Source: Eledone cirrhosa
Lineage: Eukaryota
Length of the DNA: 64,000 nucleotides
Direction: 5' to 3'
NCBI GenBank assembly: GCA_964016885.1
Contig: OZ024740.1
Coordinates: forward strand, 318,122,001-318,186,000
Part shown: positions 26,500 through 40,630 of the stretch, piece by piece
Layout of the letters: every line of letters begins with the position of its first letter
Numbering within the stretch: the first letter of the stretch is position 1
The notes under the pieces: model-generated
The model's input: only the letters and a program-made list of their open reading frames with translations
Database searches by the model: none
What the model was told of the DNA's origin: nothing
Made by a program: the position numbers and the translations under genes

Positions 26500-28200
26500 C
26501 ACAACTTACATTCTATCAGACATTCTAACGACTCTACCAATTCGCTGTCTTTCTACTACAATACTCACAACAAATAATCCAGGATTGTCTCGTCTATTTC
26601 CAAAACGTACATTCTATCTGACATTCTAACGACTCTACCAATTCGAAGTTTTTCTACTACAATACTAACAACAAATAATCCAGGATTGTCTCGTCTATTT
26701 CCACAACTTACGTTCTATCTGACATTCTAACAACTCTACCAATTCGAAGTCTTTCTACTACAATACTCACAACAAATAATACAGGATTGGCTCGTCTATT
26801 TCCACAACTTACATTCTATCTGACATTCTAACGACTCTACCAATTCGCTGTATTTCTACTACATTACTCACAACAAATAATCCAGCACTGTTTCGTCTAT
26901 TTCCACAACTCACATTCTATCTGACATTCTAACGACTCTACCAATTCGAAGTCTTTCTACTACAATACTCACAACAAATAATCCAGGAATATCTCGTCTA
27001 TTTCCACAACTTACATTCTATCTGACATTGAAACGACTCTATCAATTCGAAGTCTTTCTACTACAATACTAACTTCAAATAATCCAGGATTGTCTCGTCT
27101 ATTTCCACAACTTACATTCTATCTGACATTCTAACGACTCTATCAATTCGAAGTCTTTCTACTACAATACTAATAAAAATAATCTAGGATTGTCTCGTCT
27201 ATTTCCACAACTTACATTCTATCTGACATTGAAACGACTCTATCAATTCGAAGTCTTTCTACTACAATACTAACTTCAAATAATCCAGGATTGTCTCGTC
27301 TATTTCCACAACTTACATTCTATCTGACATTCTAACGACTCTACCAATTCGAAGTCTTTCTACTACAATACTAATAAAAATAATCTAGGATTGTCTCGTC
27401 TATTTCCACAACTTACATTCTATCAGACATTCTAACGACTCTACCAATTCGCTGTCTTTCTACTACAATACTCACAACAAATAATCCAGGATTGTCTCGT
27501 CTATTTCCAAAACGTACATTCTATCTGACATTCTAACGACTCTACCAATTCGAAGTTTTTCTACTACAATACTAACAACAAATAATCCAGGATTGTCTCG
27601 TCTATTTCCACAACTTACGTTCTATCTGACATTCTAACAACTCTACCAATTCGAAGTCTTTCTACTACAATACTCACAACAAATAATACAGGATTGGCTC
27701 GTCTATTTCCACAACTTACATTCTATCTGACATTCTAACGACTCTACCAATTCGCTGTATTTCTACTACAATACTCACAACAAATAATCCAGCACTGTTT
27801 CGTCTATTTCCACAACTCACATTATATCTGACATTCTAACGACTCTACCAATTCGAAGTCTTTCTACTACAATACTCACAACAAATAATCCAGGAATATC
27901 TCGTCTATTTCCACAACTTACATTCTATCTGACATTGAAACGACTCTATCAATTCGAAGTCTTTCTACTACAATACTAACTTCAAATAATCCAGGATTGT
28001 CTCGTCTATTTCCACAACTTACATTCTATCTGACATTCTAACGACTCTATCAATTCGAAGTCTTTCTACTACAATACTAATAAAAATAATCTAGGATTGT
28101 CTCGTCTATTTCCACAACTTACATTCTATCTGACATTGAAACGACTCTATCAATTCGAAATCTTTCTACTACAATACTAACTTCAAATAATCCAGGATTG
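26500..28200. repeat. Tandem repeat of a 9-monomer cassette (907 bp period, about 2 copies)
   Basis: TATCAGAC occurs at 26514 and 27421 (offset 907 = 9x101-2). The same ordered variants follow each: AAAACGTAC, GAAGTTTTT, TACAGGATTGG, CAGCACTG, GGAATAT, TTGAAA, TCTAGG. Confidence 0.85.
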
Positions 28201-29899
28201 TCTCGTCTATTTCCACAACTTACATTCTATCAGACATTCAAACGACTCTACCAATTCGCTGTCTTTCTACTACAATACTCACAACAAATAATCCAGGATT
28301 GTCTCGTCTATTTCCAAAACGTACATTCTATCTGACATTCTAACGACTCTACCAATTCGAAGTTTTTCTACTACAATACTAACAACAAATAATCCAGGAT
28401 TTTCTCGTCTATTTCCACAACTTACATTCTATCTGACATTCTAACGACTCTACCAATTCGCTGTATTTCTACTACAATACTCAAAACAAATAATCCAGGA
28501 TTGTCTCGTCTATTTCCACAACATACATTCTATCTGACATTCTAACGACTCTACAAATTCGCTGTCTTTCTACTACAATACTCAACAAATAATCCAGGAC
28601 TGTCTCGTCTATTTCCACAACTTACGTTCTATCTGACATTCTAAAGACTCTAACAATTCGAAGTCTTTCTACTACAATACTCAGAACAAATAATCCAGGT
28701 TTGTCTCGTCTATTTCCACAACTTACATTCTATCTAACACTCTAACGACTCTACCAATTCGAAGCCTTTTTACTACATTACTGACAACAAATAATTCAGG
28801 ATTGTCTCGTCTATTTCCACAAATTACGTTCTATCTGACATTCTAACGACTCTACCAATTCGCTGTCTTCCTACTACAATACTCACAACAAATAATCCAG
28901 GATTATCTCGTCTATTTCCACAACTTACATTCTATCTGATATTCTAACGACTCTACCAATTCGAAGTCTTTCTACTACAATACTCACAACAAATAATCCA
29001 GGATTGTCTCGTCTATTTCCACAACTTACATTCTATCTGATATTCTAACGACTCTACCAATTCGAAGTCTTTCTACTACAATACTAACAACAAATAATCC
29101 AGGATCGTCTCTTCTATTTCCACAACTTACATTCTATCTGACATTCTAACAACTCTACCAATTCGAAATCTTTCTACTACAATACTCACAACAAATAATC
29201 CAGGATTGTCTCGTCTATTTCCACTACTTACATTCTATCTGATATTCTAACGACTCTACCAATTCGAAGTCTTTCTACTACAATACTAACAACAAATAAT
29301 CCAGGATTGTCTCTTCTATTTCCACAACTTACATTCTATCTGACATTCTAACAACTCTACCAATTCAAAATCTTTCTACTACAATACTCACAACAAATAA
29401 TCCAGGATTGTCTCGTCTATTTCCACAACTTACATTCTATCTGATATTCTAACGACTCTACCAATTCGAAGTCTTTCTACTACAATACTAACAACAAATA
29501 ATCCAGGATTGTCTCGTCTATTTCCACAACTTACGTTCTATCTGACATTCTAACAACTCTACCAATTCGAAGTCTTTCTACTACAATACTCACAACAAAT
29601 AATACAGGATTGGCTCGTCTATTTCCACAACTTACATTCTATCTGACATTCTAACGACTCTACCAATTCGCTGTATGTCTATTACAATACTCACAACAAA
29701 TAATCCAGGATTGTCTCGTCTATTTCCACAACATACATTCTATCTGACATTCTAACGACTCTACCAATTCGCTGTCTTTCTACTACAATACTCAACAAAT
29801 AATCCAGGACTGTCTCGTCTATTTCCACAACTTACGTTCTATCTGACATTCTAAAGACTCTAACAATTCGAAGTCTTTCTACTACAATACTCAGAACAA

Positions 29900-32800
29900 A
29901 TAATCCAGGTTTGTCTCGTCTATTTCCACAACTTATATTCTATCTAACATTCTAACGACTCTACCAATTCGAAGCCTTTTTACTACATTACTCACAACAA
30001 ATAATTCAGGATTGCCCCGTCTATTTCCACAACTTACATTCTATCTGATATTCTAACGACTCTACCAATTCGCTGTCTTTCTACTACAATACTCACAACA
30101 AATAATCCAGGATTGTCTCGTCTATTTCCACAACTTACATTCTATCTGATATTCTAACGACTCTACCAATTCGAAGTCTTTCTACTACAATACTAACAAC
30201 AAATAATCCAGGACTGTCTCTTCTATTTCCACAACTTTCATTCTATCTAACATTCTAACAACTCCACCAATTCGAAATCTTTCTACTACAATACTCACAA
30301 CAAATCATCCAGGATTGTCTCGTCTATTTCCACAACTTACATTCTATCTGATATTCTAACGACTCTACCAATTCGAAGTCTTTCTACTACAATACTCACA
30401 ACAAATAATCCAGGAATATCTCGTCTATTTCCACAACTTACATTCTATCTGACATTGAAACGACTCTATCAATTCGAAGTCTTTCTACTATAATACTAAC
30501 TTCAAATAATCCAGGATTGTCTCGTCTATTTCTACAACTTACATTCTATCTGACATTTTAACGACTCTACCAATTCGAAGTCTTTCTACTACAATACTAA
30601 TAAAAATAATCTAGGATTGTCTCGTCTATTTCCACAACTTACATTCTATCAGACATTCTAACAACTCCACCAATTCGAAATCTTTCTACTACAATACTCA
30701 CAACAAATAATCCAGGATTGTCTCGTCTATTTCCACAACTTGCATTCTATCTGACATTCTAACGACTCTACCAATTCGAAGTCTTTCTACTACAATACTC
30801 ACAACAAATAATCCAGGATTGTCTCGTCTATTTCCACAAATTACAATCTATCTGACATTCTAACGACTCTACCAATTCGCTGTCTTTCTACTACAATACT
30901 CAGAACAAATAATCCAGGTTTGTCTCGTCTATTTCCACAACTTACATTCTATCTAACATTCTAACAACTCTACCAATTCGAAATCTTTCTAATACAATAC
31001 TCACAACAAATAATCCAGGATTGTCTCGTCTATTTCCACAACTTACATTCTATCTGATATTCTAACGACTCTACCAATTCGCTGTCTTTCTACTACAATA
31101 CTCAACAAATAATCCAGGACTGTCTCGTCTATTTCCACAACTTACGTTCTATCTGACATTCTAAAGACTCTAACAATTCGAAGTCTTTCTACTACAATAC
31201 TCAGAACAAATAATCCAGGATTGTCTCGTCTATTTCCACAACTTAAATTCTATCTAACATTCTAACGACTCTACCAATTCGAAGCCTTTTTACTACATTA
31301 CTCACAACAAATAATTCAGGATTGTCTCGTCTATTTCCACAAATTACGTTCTATCTGACATTCTAACGACTCTACCAATTCGCTATCTTTCTACTACAAT
31401 ACTCACAACAAATAATCCAGGATTGTCTCGTCTATTTCCACAACTTACATTCTATCTGATATTCTAACGACTCTACCAATTCGAAGTCTTTCTACTACAA
31501 TACTCACAACAAATAATCAAGGATTGTCTCGTCTATTTCCACAACTTACGTTCTATCTGATATTCTAACGACTCTACCAATTCGAAGTCTTTCTACTACA
31601 ATACTAACAACAAATAATCCAGGATTGTCTCTTCTATTTCCACAACTTACATTCTACCTGACATTCTAACAACTCTACCAATTCGAAATCTTTCTACTAC
31701 AATACTCACAACAAATAATCCAGGATTGTCTCGTCTATTTCCACAACTTACATTCTATCTGATATTCTAACGACTCTACCAATTCGAAGTCTTTCTACTA
31801 CAATACTAACAACAAATAATCCAGGATTGTCTCTTCTATTTCCACAACTTACATTCTATCTGACATTCTAACAACTCTACCAATTCGAAGTCTTTCTACT
31901 ACAATACTAACAACAAATAATCCAGGACTGTCTCGTCTATTTCCACAACTTACGTTCTATCTGACATTCTAAAGACTCTAACAATTCGAAGTCTTTCTAC
32001 TACAATACTAAGAACAAATAATCCAGGTTTGTCTCGTCTATTTCCACAACTTACATTCTATCTAACATTCTAACGACTCTACCAATTCGAAGCCTTTTTA
32101 CTACATTACTCACAACAAATAATTCAGGATTGTCTCGTCTATTTCCACAAATTACGTTCTATCTGACATTCTAACGACGCTACCAATTCGCTGTCTTTCT
32201 ACTACAATACTCACAACAAATAATCCAGGATTGTCTCGTCTATTTCCACAACTTACATTCTATCTGATATTCTAACGACTCTACCAATTCGAAGTCTTTC
32301 TACTACAATACTCACAACAAATAATCCAGGATTGTCTCGTCTATTTCCACAACTTACGTTCTATCTGATATTCTAACGACTCTACCAATTCGAAGTCTTT
32401 CTACTACAATACTAACAACAAATAATCCAGGATTGTCTCGTCTATTTCCACTACTTACGTTATATCTGACATTCTAACAACTCTACCAATTCTAAGACTT
32501 TCTACTACAATACTAACTTCAAATAATCCAGGATTGTCTCGTCTATTTCCACAACTTACATTCTATCTGACATTCTAACGACTCTACCAATTCGAAGTCT
32601 TTCTACTACAATACTAATAAAAATAATCTAGGATTGTCTCGTCTATTTCCACAACTTACCTTCTATCTGACATTGAAACGACTCTATCAACTCGAAGTCT
32701 TTCTACTACAATACTAACTTCAAATAATCCAGGATTGTCTCGTCTATTTCCACAACTTACATTCTATCTGACATTCTAACGACTCTACCAATTCGCTGTC

Positions 32801-35800
32801 TTTCTACTACAATACTCACAACAAATAATCCAGGATTCTATCGTCTATTTCTACACCTTACATTCTATCTAACATTCTAACAACTCCACCAATTCGAAAT
32901 CTTTCTACTACAATACTCACAACAAATCATCCAGGATTGTCTCGTCTATTTCCACAACTTACATCCTATCTGATATTCTAACGACTCTACCAATTCGAAG
33001 TCTTTCTACTACAATACTCACAACAAATACTCCAGGATTGTCTCGTCTATTTCCACAACTTGCATTCTATCTAACATTCTAACGACTCTACCAATTCGCT
33101 GTCTTTCTACTACAATACTCACAACAAATAATCCAGGATTGTCTCGTCTATTTCCACAACATACATTCTATCTGACATTCTAACGACTCTACCAATTCGC
33201 TGTCTTTCTACTACAATACTCAACAAATAATCCAGGACTGTCTCGTCTATTTCCACAACTTACATTCTATCAGACATTCTAACAACTCCACCAATTCGAA
33301 ATCTTTCTACTACAATACTCACAACAAATAATCCAGGATTGTCTCGTCTATTTCCACAACTTGCATTCTATCTGACATTCTAACGACTCTACCAATTCGA
33401 AGTCTTTCTACTACAATACTCACAACAAATAATCCAGGATTGTCTCGTCTATTTCCACAAATTACAATCTATCTGACATTCTAACGACTCTACCAATTCG
33501 CTGTCTTTCTACTACAATACTCAGAACAAATAATCCAGGTTTGTCTCGTCTATTTCCACAACTTACATTCTATCTAACATTCTAACAACTCTACCAATTC
33601 GAAATCTTTCTAATACAATACTCACAACAAATAATCCAGGATTGTCTCGTCTATTTCCACAACTTACATTCTATCTGATATTCTAACGACTCTACCAATT
33701 CGCTGTCTTTCTACTACAATACTCAACAAATAATCCAGGACTGTCTCGTCTATTTCCACAACTTACGTTCTATCTGACATTCTAAAGACTCTAACAATTC
33801 GAAGTCTTTCTACTACAATACTCAGAACAAATAATCCAGGATTGTCTCGTCTATTTCCACAACTTAAATTCTATCTAACATTCTAACGACTCTACCAATT
33901 CGAAGCCTTTTTACTACATTACTCACAACAAATAATTCAGGATTGTCTCGTCTATTTCCACAAATTACGTTCTATCTGACATTCTAACGACTCTACCAAT
34001 TCGCTATCTTTCTACTACAATACTCACAACAAATAATCCAGGATTGTCTCGTCTATTTCCACAACTTACATTCTATCTGATATTCTAACGACTCTACCAA
34101 TTCGAAGTCTTTCTACTACAATACTCACAACAAATAATCAAGGATTGTCTCGTCTATTTCCACAACTTACGTTCTATCTGATATTCTAACGACTCTACCA
34201 ATTCGAAGTCTTTCTACTACAATACTAACAACAAATAATCCAGGATTGTCTCTTCTATTTCCACAACTTACATTCTACCTGACATTCTAACAACTCTACC
34301 AATTCGAAATCTTTCTACTACAATACTCACAACAAATAATCCAGGATTGTCTCGTCTATTTCCACAACTTACATTCTATCTGATATTCTAACGACTCTAC
34401 CAATTCGAAGTCTTTCTACTACAATACTAACAACAAATAATCCAGGATTGTCTCTTCTATTTCCACAACTTACATTCTATCTGACATTCTAACAACTCTA
34501 CCAATTCGAAGTCTTTCTACTACAATACTAACAACAAATAATCCAGGACTGTCTCGTCTATTTCCACAACTTACGTTCTATCTGACATTCTAAAGACTCT
34601 AACAATTCGAAGTCTTTCTACTACAATACTAAGAACAAATAATCCAGGTTTGTCTCGTCTATTTCCACAACTTATATTCTATCTAACATTCTAACGACTC
34701 TACCAATTCGAAGCCTTTTTACTACATTACTCACAACAAATAATTCAGGATTGCCCCGTCTATTTCCACAACTTACATTCTATCTGATATTCTAACGACT
34801 CTACCAATTCGCTGTCTTTCTACTACAATACTCACAACAAATAATCCAGGATTGTCTCGTCTATTTCCACAACTTACATTCTATCTGATATTCTAACGAC
34901 TCTACCAATTCGAAGTCTTTCTACTACAATACTAACAACAAATAATCCAGGACTGTCTCTTCTATTTCCACAACTTTCATTCTATCTAACATTCTAACAA
35001 CTCCACCAATTCGAAATCTTTCTACTACAATACTCACAACAAATCATCCAGGATTGTCTCGTCTATTTCCACAACTTACATTCTATCTGATATTCTAACG
35101 ACTCTACCAATTCGAAGTCTTTCTACTACAATACTCACAACAAATAATCCAGGAATATCTCGTCTATTTCCACAACTTACATTCTATCTGACATTGAAAC
35201 GACTCTATCAATTCGAAGTCTTTCTACTATAATACTAACTTCAAATAATCCAGGATTGTCTCGTCTATTTCTACAACTTACATTCTATCTGACATTTTAA
35301 CGACTCTACCAATTCGAAGTCTTTCTACTACAATACTAATAAAAATAATCTAGGATTGTCTCGTCTATTTCCACAACTTACATTCTATCAGACATTCTAA
35401 CAACTCCACCAATTCGAAATCTTTCTACTACAATACTCACAACAAATAATCCAGGATTGTCTCGTCTATTTCCACAACTTGCATTCTATCTGACATTCTA
35501 ACGACTCTACCAATTCGAAGTCTTTCTACTACAATACTCACAACAAATAATCCAGGATTGTCTCGTCTATTTCCACAAATTACAATCTATCTGACATTCT
35601 AACGACTCTACCAATTCGCTGTCTTTCTACTACAATACTCAGAACAAATAATCCAGGTTTGTCTCGTCTATTTCCACAACTTACATTCTATCTAACATTC
35701 TAACAACTCTACCAATTCGAAATCTTTCTAATACAATACTCACAACAAATAATCCAGGATTGTCTCGTCTATTTCCACAACTTACATTCTATCTGATATT

Positions 35801-38800
35801 CTAACGACTCTACCAATTCGCTGTCTTTCTACTACAATACTCAACAAATAATCCAGGACTGTCTCGTCTATTTCCACAACTTACGTTCTATCTGACATTC
35901 TAAAGACTCTAACAATTCGAAGTCTTTCTACTACAATACTCAGAACAAATAATCCAGGATTGTCTCGTCTATTTCCACAACTTAAATTCTATCTAACATT
36001 CTAACGACTCTACCAATTCGAAGCCTTTTTACTACATTACTCACAACAAATAATTCAGGATTGTCTCGTCTATTTCCACAAATTACGTTCTATCTGACAT
36101 TCTAACGACTCTACCAATTCGCTATCTTTCTACTACAATACTCACAACAAATAATCCAGGATTGTCTCGTCTATTTCCACAACTTACATTCTATCTGATA
36201 TTCTAACGACTCTACCAATTCGAAGTCTTTCTACTACAATACTCACAACAAATAATCAAGGATTGTCTCGTCTATTTCCACAACTTACGTTCTATCTGAT
36301 ATTCTAACGACTCTACCAATTCGAAGTCTTTCTACTACAATACTAACAACAAATAATCCAGGATTGTCTCTTCTATTTCCACAACTTACATTCTACCTGA
36401 CATTCTAACAACTCTACCAATTCGAAATCTTTCTACTACAATACTCACAACAAATAATCCAGGATTGTCTCGTCTATTTCCACAACTTACATTCTATCTG
36501 ATATTCTAACGACTCTACCAATTCGAAGTCTTTCTACTACAATACTAACAACAAATAATCCAGGATTGTCTCTTCTATTTCCACAACTTACATTCTATCT
36601 GACATTCTAACAACTCTACCAATTCGAAGTCTTTCTACTACAATACTAACAACAAATAATCCAGGACTGTCTCGTCTATTTCCACAACTTACGTTCTATC
36701 TGACATTCTAAAGACTCTAACAATTCGAAGTCTTTCTACTACAATACTAAGAACAAATAATCCAGGTTTGTCTCGTCTATTTCCACAACTTACATTCTAT
36801 CTAACATTCTAACGACTCTACCAATTCGAAGCCTTTTTACTACATTACTCACAACAAATAATTCAGGATTGTCTCGTCTATTTCCACAAATTACGTTCTA
36901 TCTGACATTCTAACGACGCTACCAATTCGCTGTCTTTCTACTACAATACTCACAACAAATAATCCAGGATTGTCTCGTCTATTTCCACAACTTACATTCT
37001 ATCTGATATTCTAACGACTCTACCAATTCGAAGTCTTTCTACTACAATACTCACAACAAATAATCCAGGATTGTCTCGTCTATTTCCACAACTTACGTTC
37101 TATCTGATATTCTAACGACTCTACCAATTCGAAGTCTTTCTACTACAATACTAACAACAAATAATCCAGGATTGTCTCGTCTATTTCCACTACTTACGTT
37201 ATATCTGACATTCTAACAACTCTACCAATTCTAAGACTTTCTACTACAATACTAACTTCAAATAATCCAGGATTGTCTCGTCTATTTCCACAACTTACAT
37301 TCTATCTGACATTCTAACGACTCTACCAATTCGAAGTCTTTCTACTACAATACTAATAAAAATAATCTAGGATTGTCTCGTCTATTTCCACAACTTACCT
37401 TCTATCTGACATTGAAACGACTCTATCAACTCGAAGTCTTTCTACTACAATACTAACTTCAAATAATCCAGGATTGTCTCGTCTATTTCCACAACTTACA
37501 TTCTATCTGACATTCTAACGACTCTACCAATTCGCTGTCTTTCTACTACAATACTCACAACAAATAATCCAGGATTCTATCGTCTATTTCTACACCTTAC
37601 ATTCTATCTAACATTCTAACAACTCCACCAATTCGAAATCTTTCTACTACAATACTCACAACAAATCATCCAGGATTGTCTCGTCTATTTCCACAACTTA
37701 CATCCTATCTGATATTCTAACGACTCTACCAATTCGAAGTCTTTCTACTACAATACTCACAACAAATACTCCAGGATTGTCTCGTCTATTTCCACAACTT
37801 GCATTCTATCTAACATTCTAACGACTCTACCAATTCGCTGTCTTTCTACTACAATACTCACAACAAATAATCCAGGATTGTCTCGTCTATTTCCACAACA
37901 TACATTCTATCTGACATTCTAACGACTCTACCAATTCGCTGTCTTTCTACTACAATACTCAACAAATAATCCAGGACTGTCTCGTCTATTTCCACAACTT
38001 ACATTCTATCAGACATTCTAACAACTCCACCAATTCGAAATCTTTCTACTACAATACTCACAACAAATAATCCAGGATTGTCTCGTCTATTTCCACAACT
38101 TGCATTCTATCTGACATTCTAACGACTCTACCAATTCGAAGTCTTTCTACTACAATACTCACAACAAATAATCCAGGATTGTCTCGTCTATTTCCACAAA
38201 TTACAATCTATCTGACATTCTAACGACTCTACCAATTCGCTGTCTTTCTACTACAATACTCAGAACAAATAATCCAGGTTTGTCTCGTCTATTTCCACAA
38301 CTTACATTCTATCTAACATTCTAACAACTCTACCAATTCGAAATCTTTCTAATACAATACTCACAACAAATAATCCAGGATTGTCTCGTCTATTTCCACA
38401 ACTTACATTCTATCTGATATTCTAACGACTCTACCAATTCGCTGTCTTTCTACTACAATACTCAACAAATAATCCAGGACTGTCTCGTCTATTTCCACAA
38501 CTTACGTTCTATCTGACATTCTAAAGACTCTAACAATTCGAAGTCTTTCTACTACAATACTCAGAACAAATAATCCAGGATTGTCTCGTCTATTTCCACA
38601 ACTTAAATTCTATCTAACATTCTAACGACTCTACCAATTCGAAGCCTTTTTACTACATTACTCACAACAAATAATTCAGGATTGTCTCGTCTATTTCCAC
38701 AAATTACGTTCTATCTGACATTCTAACGACTCTACCAATTCGCTATCTTTCTACTACAATACTCACAACAAATAATCCAGGATTGTCTCGTCTATTTCCA

Positions 38801-39400
38801 CAACTTACATTCTATCTGATATTCTAACGACTCTACCAATTCGAAGTCTTTCTACTACAATACTCACAACAAATAATCAAGGATTGTCTCGTCTATTTCC
38901 ACAACTTACGTTCTATCTGATATTCTAACGACTCTACCAATTCGAAGTCTTTCTACTACAATACTAACAACAAATAATCCAGGATTGTCTCTTCTATTTC
39001 CACAACTTACATTCTACCTGACATTCTAACAACTCTACCAATTCGAAATCTTTCTACTACAATACTCACAACAAATAATCCAGGATTGTCTCGTCTATTT
39101 CCACAACTTACATTCTATCTGATATTCTAACGACTCTACCAATTCGAAGTCTTTCTACTACAATACTAACAACAAATAATCCAGGATTGTCTCTTCTATT
39201 TCCACAACTTACATTCTATCTGACATTCTAACAACTCTACCAATTCGAAGTCTTTCTACTACAATACTAACAACAAATAATCCAGGACTGTCTCGTCTAT
39301 TTCCACAACTTACGTTCTATCTGACATTCTAAAGACTCTAACAATTCGAAGTCTTTCTACTACAATACTAAGAACAAATAATCCAGGTTTGTCTCGTCTA
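29900..39400. repeat. Tandem duplication of a 47-monomer block (4739 bp x2)
   Basis: Private markers at offset 4739: ACTTATATTC 29931/34670, ACAACTTTCA 30231/34970, TTACAATCTA 30841/35580 and 33462/38201, CAGGATTCTA 32831/37570. The match fails left of about 29895 and right of about 39410. Confidence 0.93.
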
Positions 39401-40630
39401 TTTCCACAACTTACATTCTATCTAACATTCTAACGACTCTACCAATTCGAAGCCTTTTTACTACATTACTCACAACAAATAATTCAGGATTGTCTCGTCT
39501 ATTTCCACAAATTACGTTCTATCTGACATTCTAACGACGCTACCAATTCGCTGTCTTTCTACTACAATACTTACAACAAATAATCCAGGATTGTCTCGTC
39601 TATTTCCACAACTTACATTCTATCTGATATTCTAACGACTCTACCAATTCGAAGTCTTTCTACTACAATACTCACAACAAATAATCCAGGATTGTCTCGT
39701 CTATTTCCACAACTTACGTTCTATCTGATATTCTAACGACTCTACCAATTCGAAGTCTTTCTACTACAATACTAACAACAAATAATCCAGGATTGTCTCG
39801 TCTATTTCCACTACTTACGTTATATCTGACATTCTAACAACTCTACCAATTCTAAGACTTTCTACTACAATACTAACTTCAAATAATCCAGGATTGTCTC
39901 GTCTATTTCCACAACTTACATTCTATCTGACATTCTAACGACTCTACCAATTCGAAGTCTTTCTACTACAATACTAATAAAAATAATCTAGGATTGTCTC
40001 GTCTATTTCCACAACTTACCTTCTATCTGACATTGAAACGACTCTATCAACTCGAAGTCTTTCTACTACAATACTAACTTCAAATAATCCAGGATTGTCT
40101 CGTCTATTTCCACAACTTACATTCTATCTGACATTCTAACGACTCTACCAATTCGCTGTCTTTCTACTACAATACTCACAACAAATAATCCAGGATTCTA
40201 TCGTCTATTTCTACACCTTACATTCTATCTAACATTCTAACAACTCCACCAATTCGAAATCTTTCTACTACAATACTCACAACAAATCATCCAGGATTGT
40301 CTCGTCTATTTCCACAACTTACATCCTATCTGATATTCTAACGACTCTACCAATTCGAAGTCTTTCTACTACAATACTCACAACAAATACTCCAGGATTG
40401 TCTCGTCTATTTCCACAACTTGCATTCTATCTAACATTCTAACGACTCTACCAATTCGCTGTCTTTCTACTACAATACTCACAACAAATAATCCAGGATT
40501 GTCTCGTCTATTTCCACAACATACATTCTATCTGACATTCTAACGACTCTACCAATTCGCTGTCTTTCTACTACAATACTCAACAAATAATCCAGGACTG
40601 TCTCGTCTATTTCCACAACTTACATTCTAT
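30630..40630. repeat. 26-monomer (2621 bp) higher-order unit, overlapping the 47-mer duplication
   Basis: Offset 2621 (26x101-5) holds for TTACAATCTA 30841/33462 and 35580/38201, CAGGATTCTA 37570/40191 and CAGACATTCTAACAACTCC 30650/33271. Confidence 0.92.
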
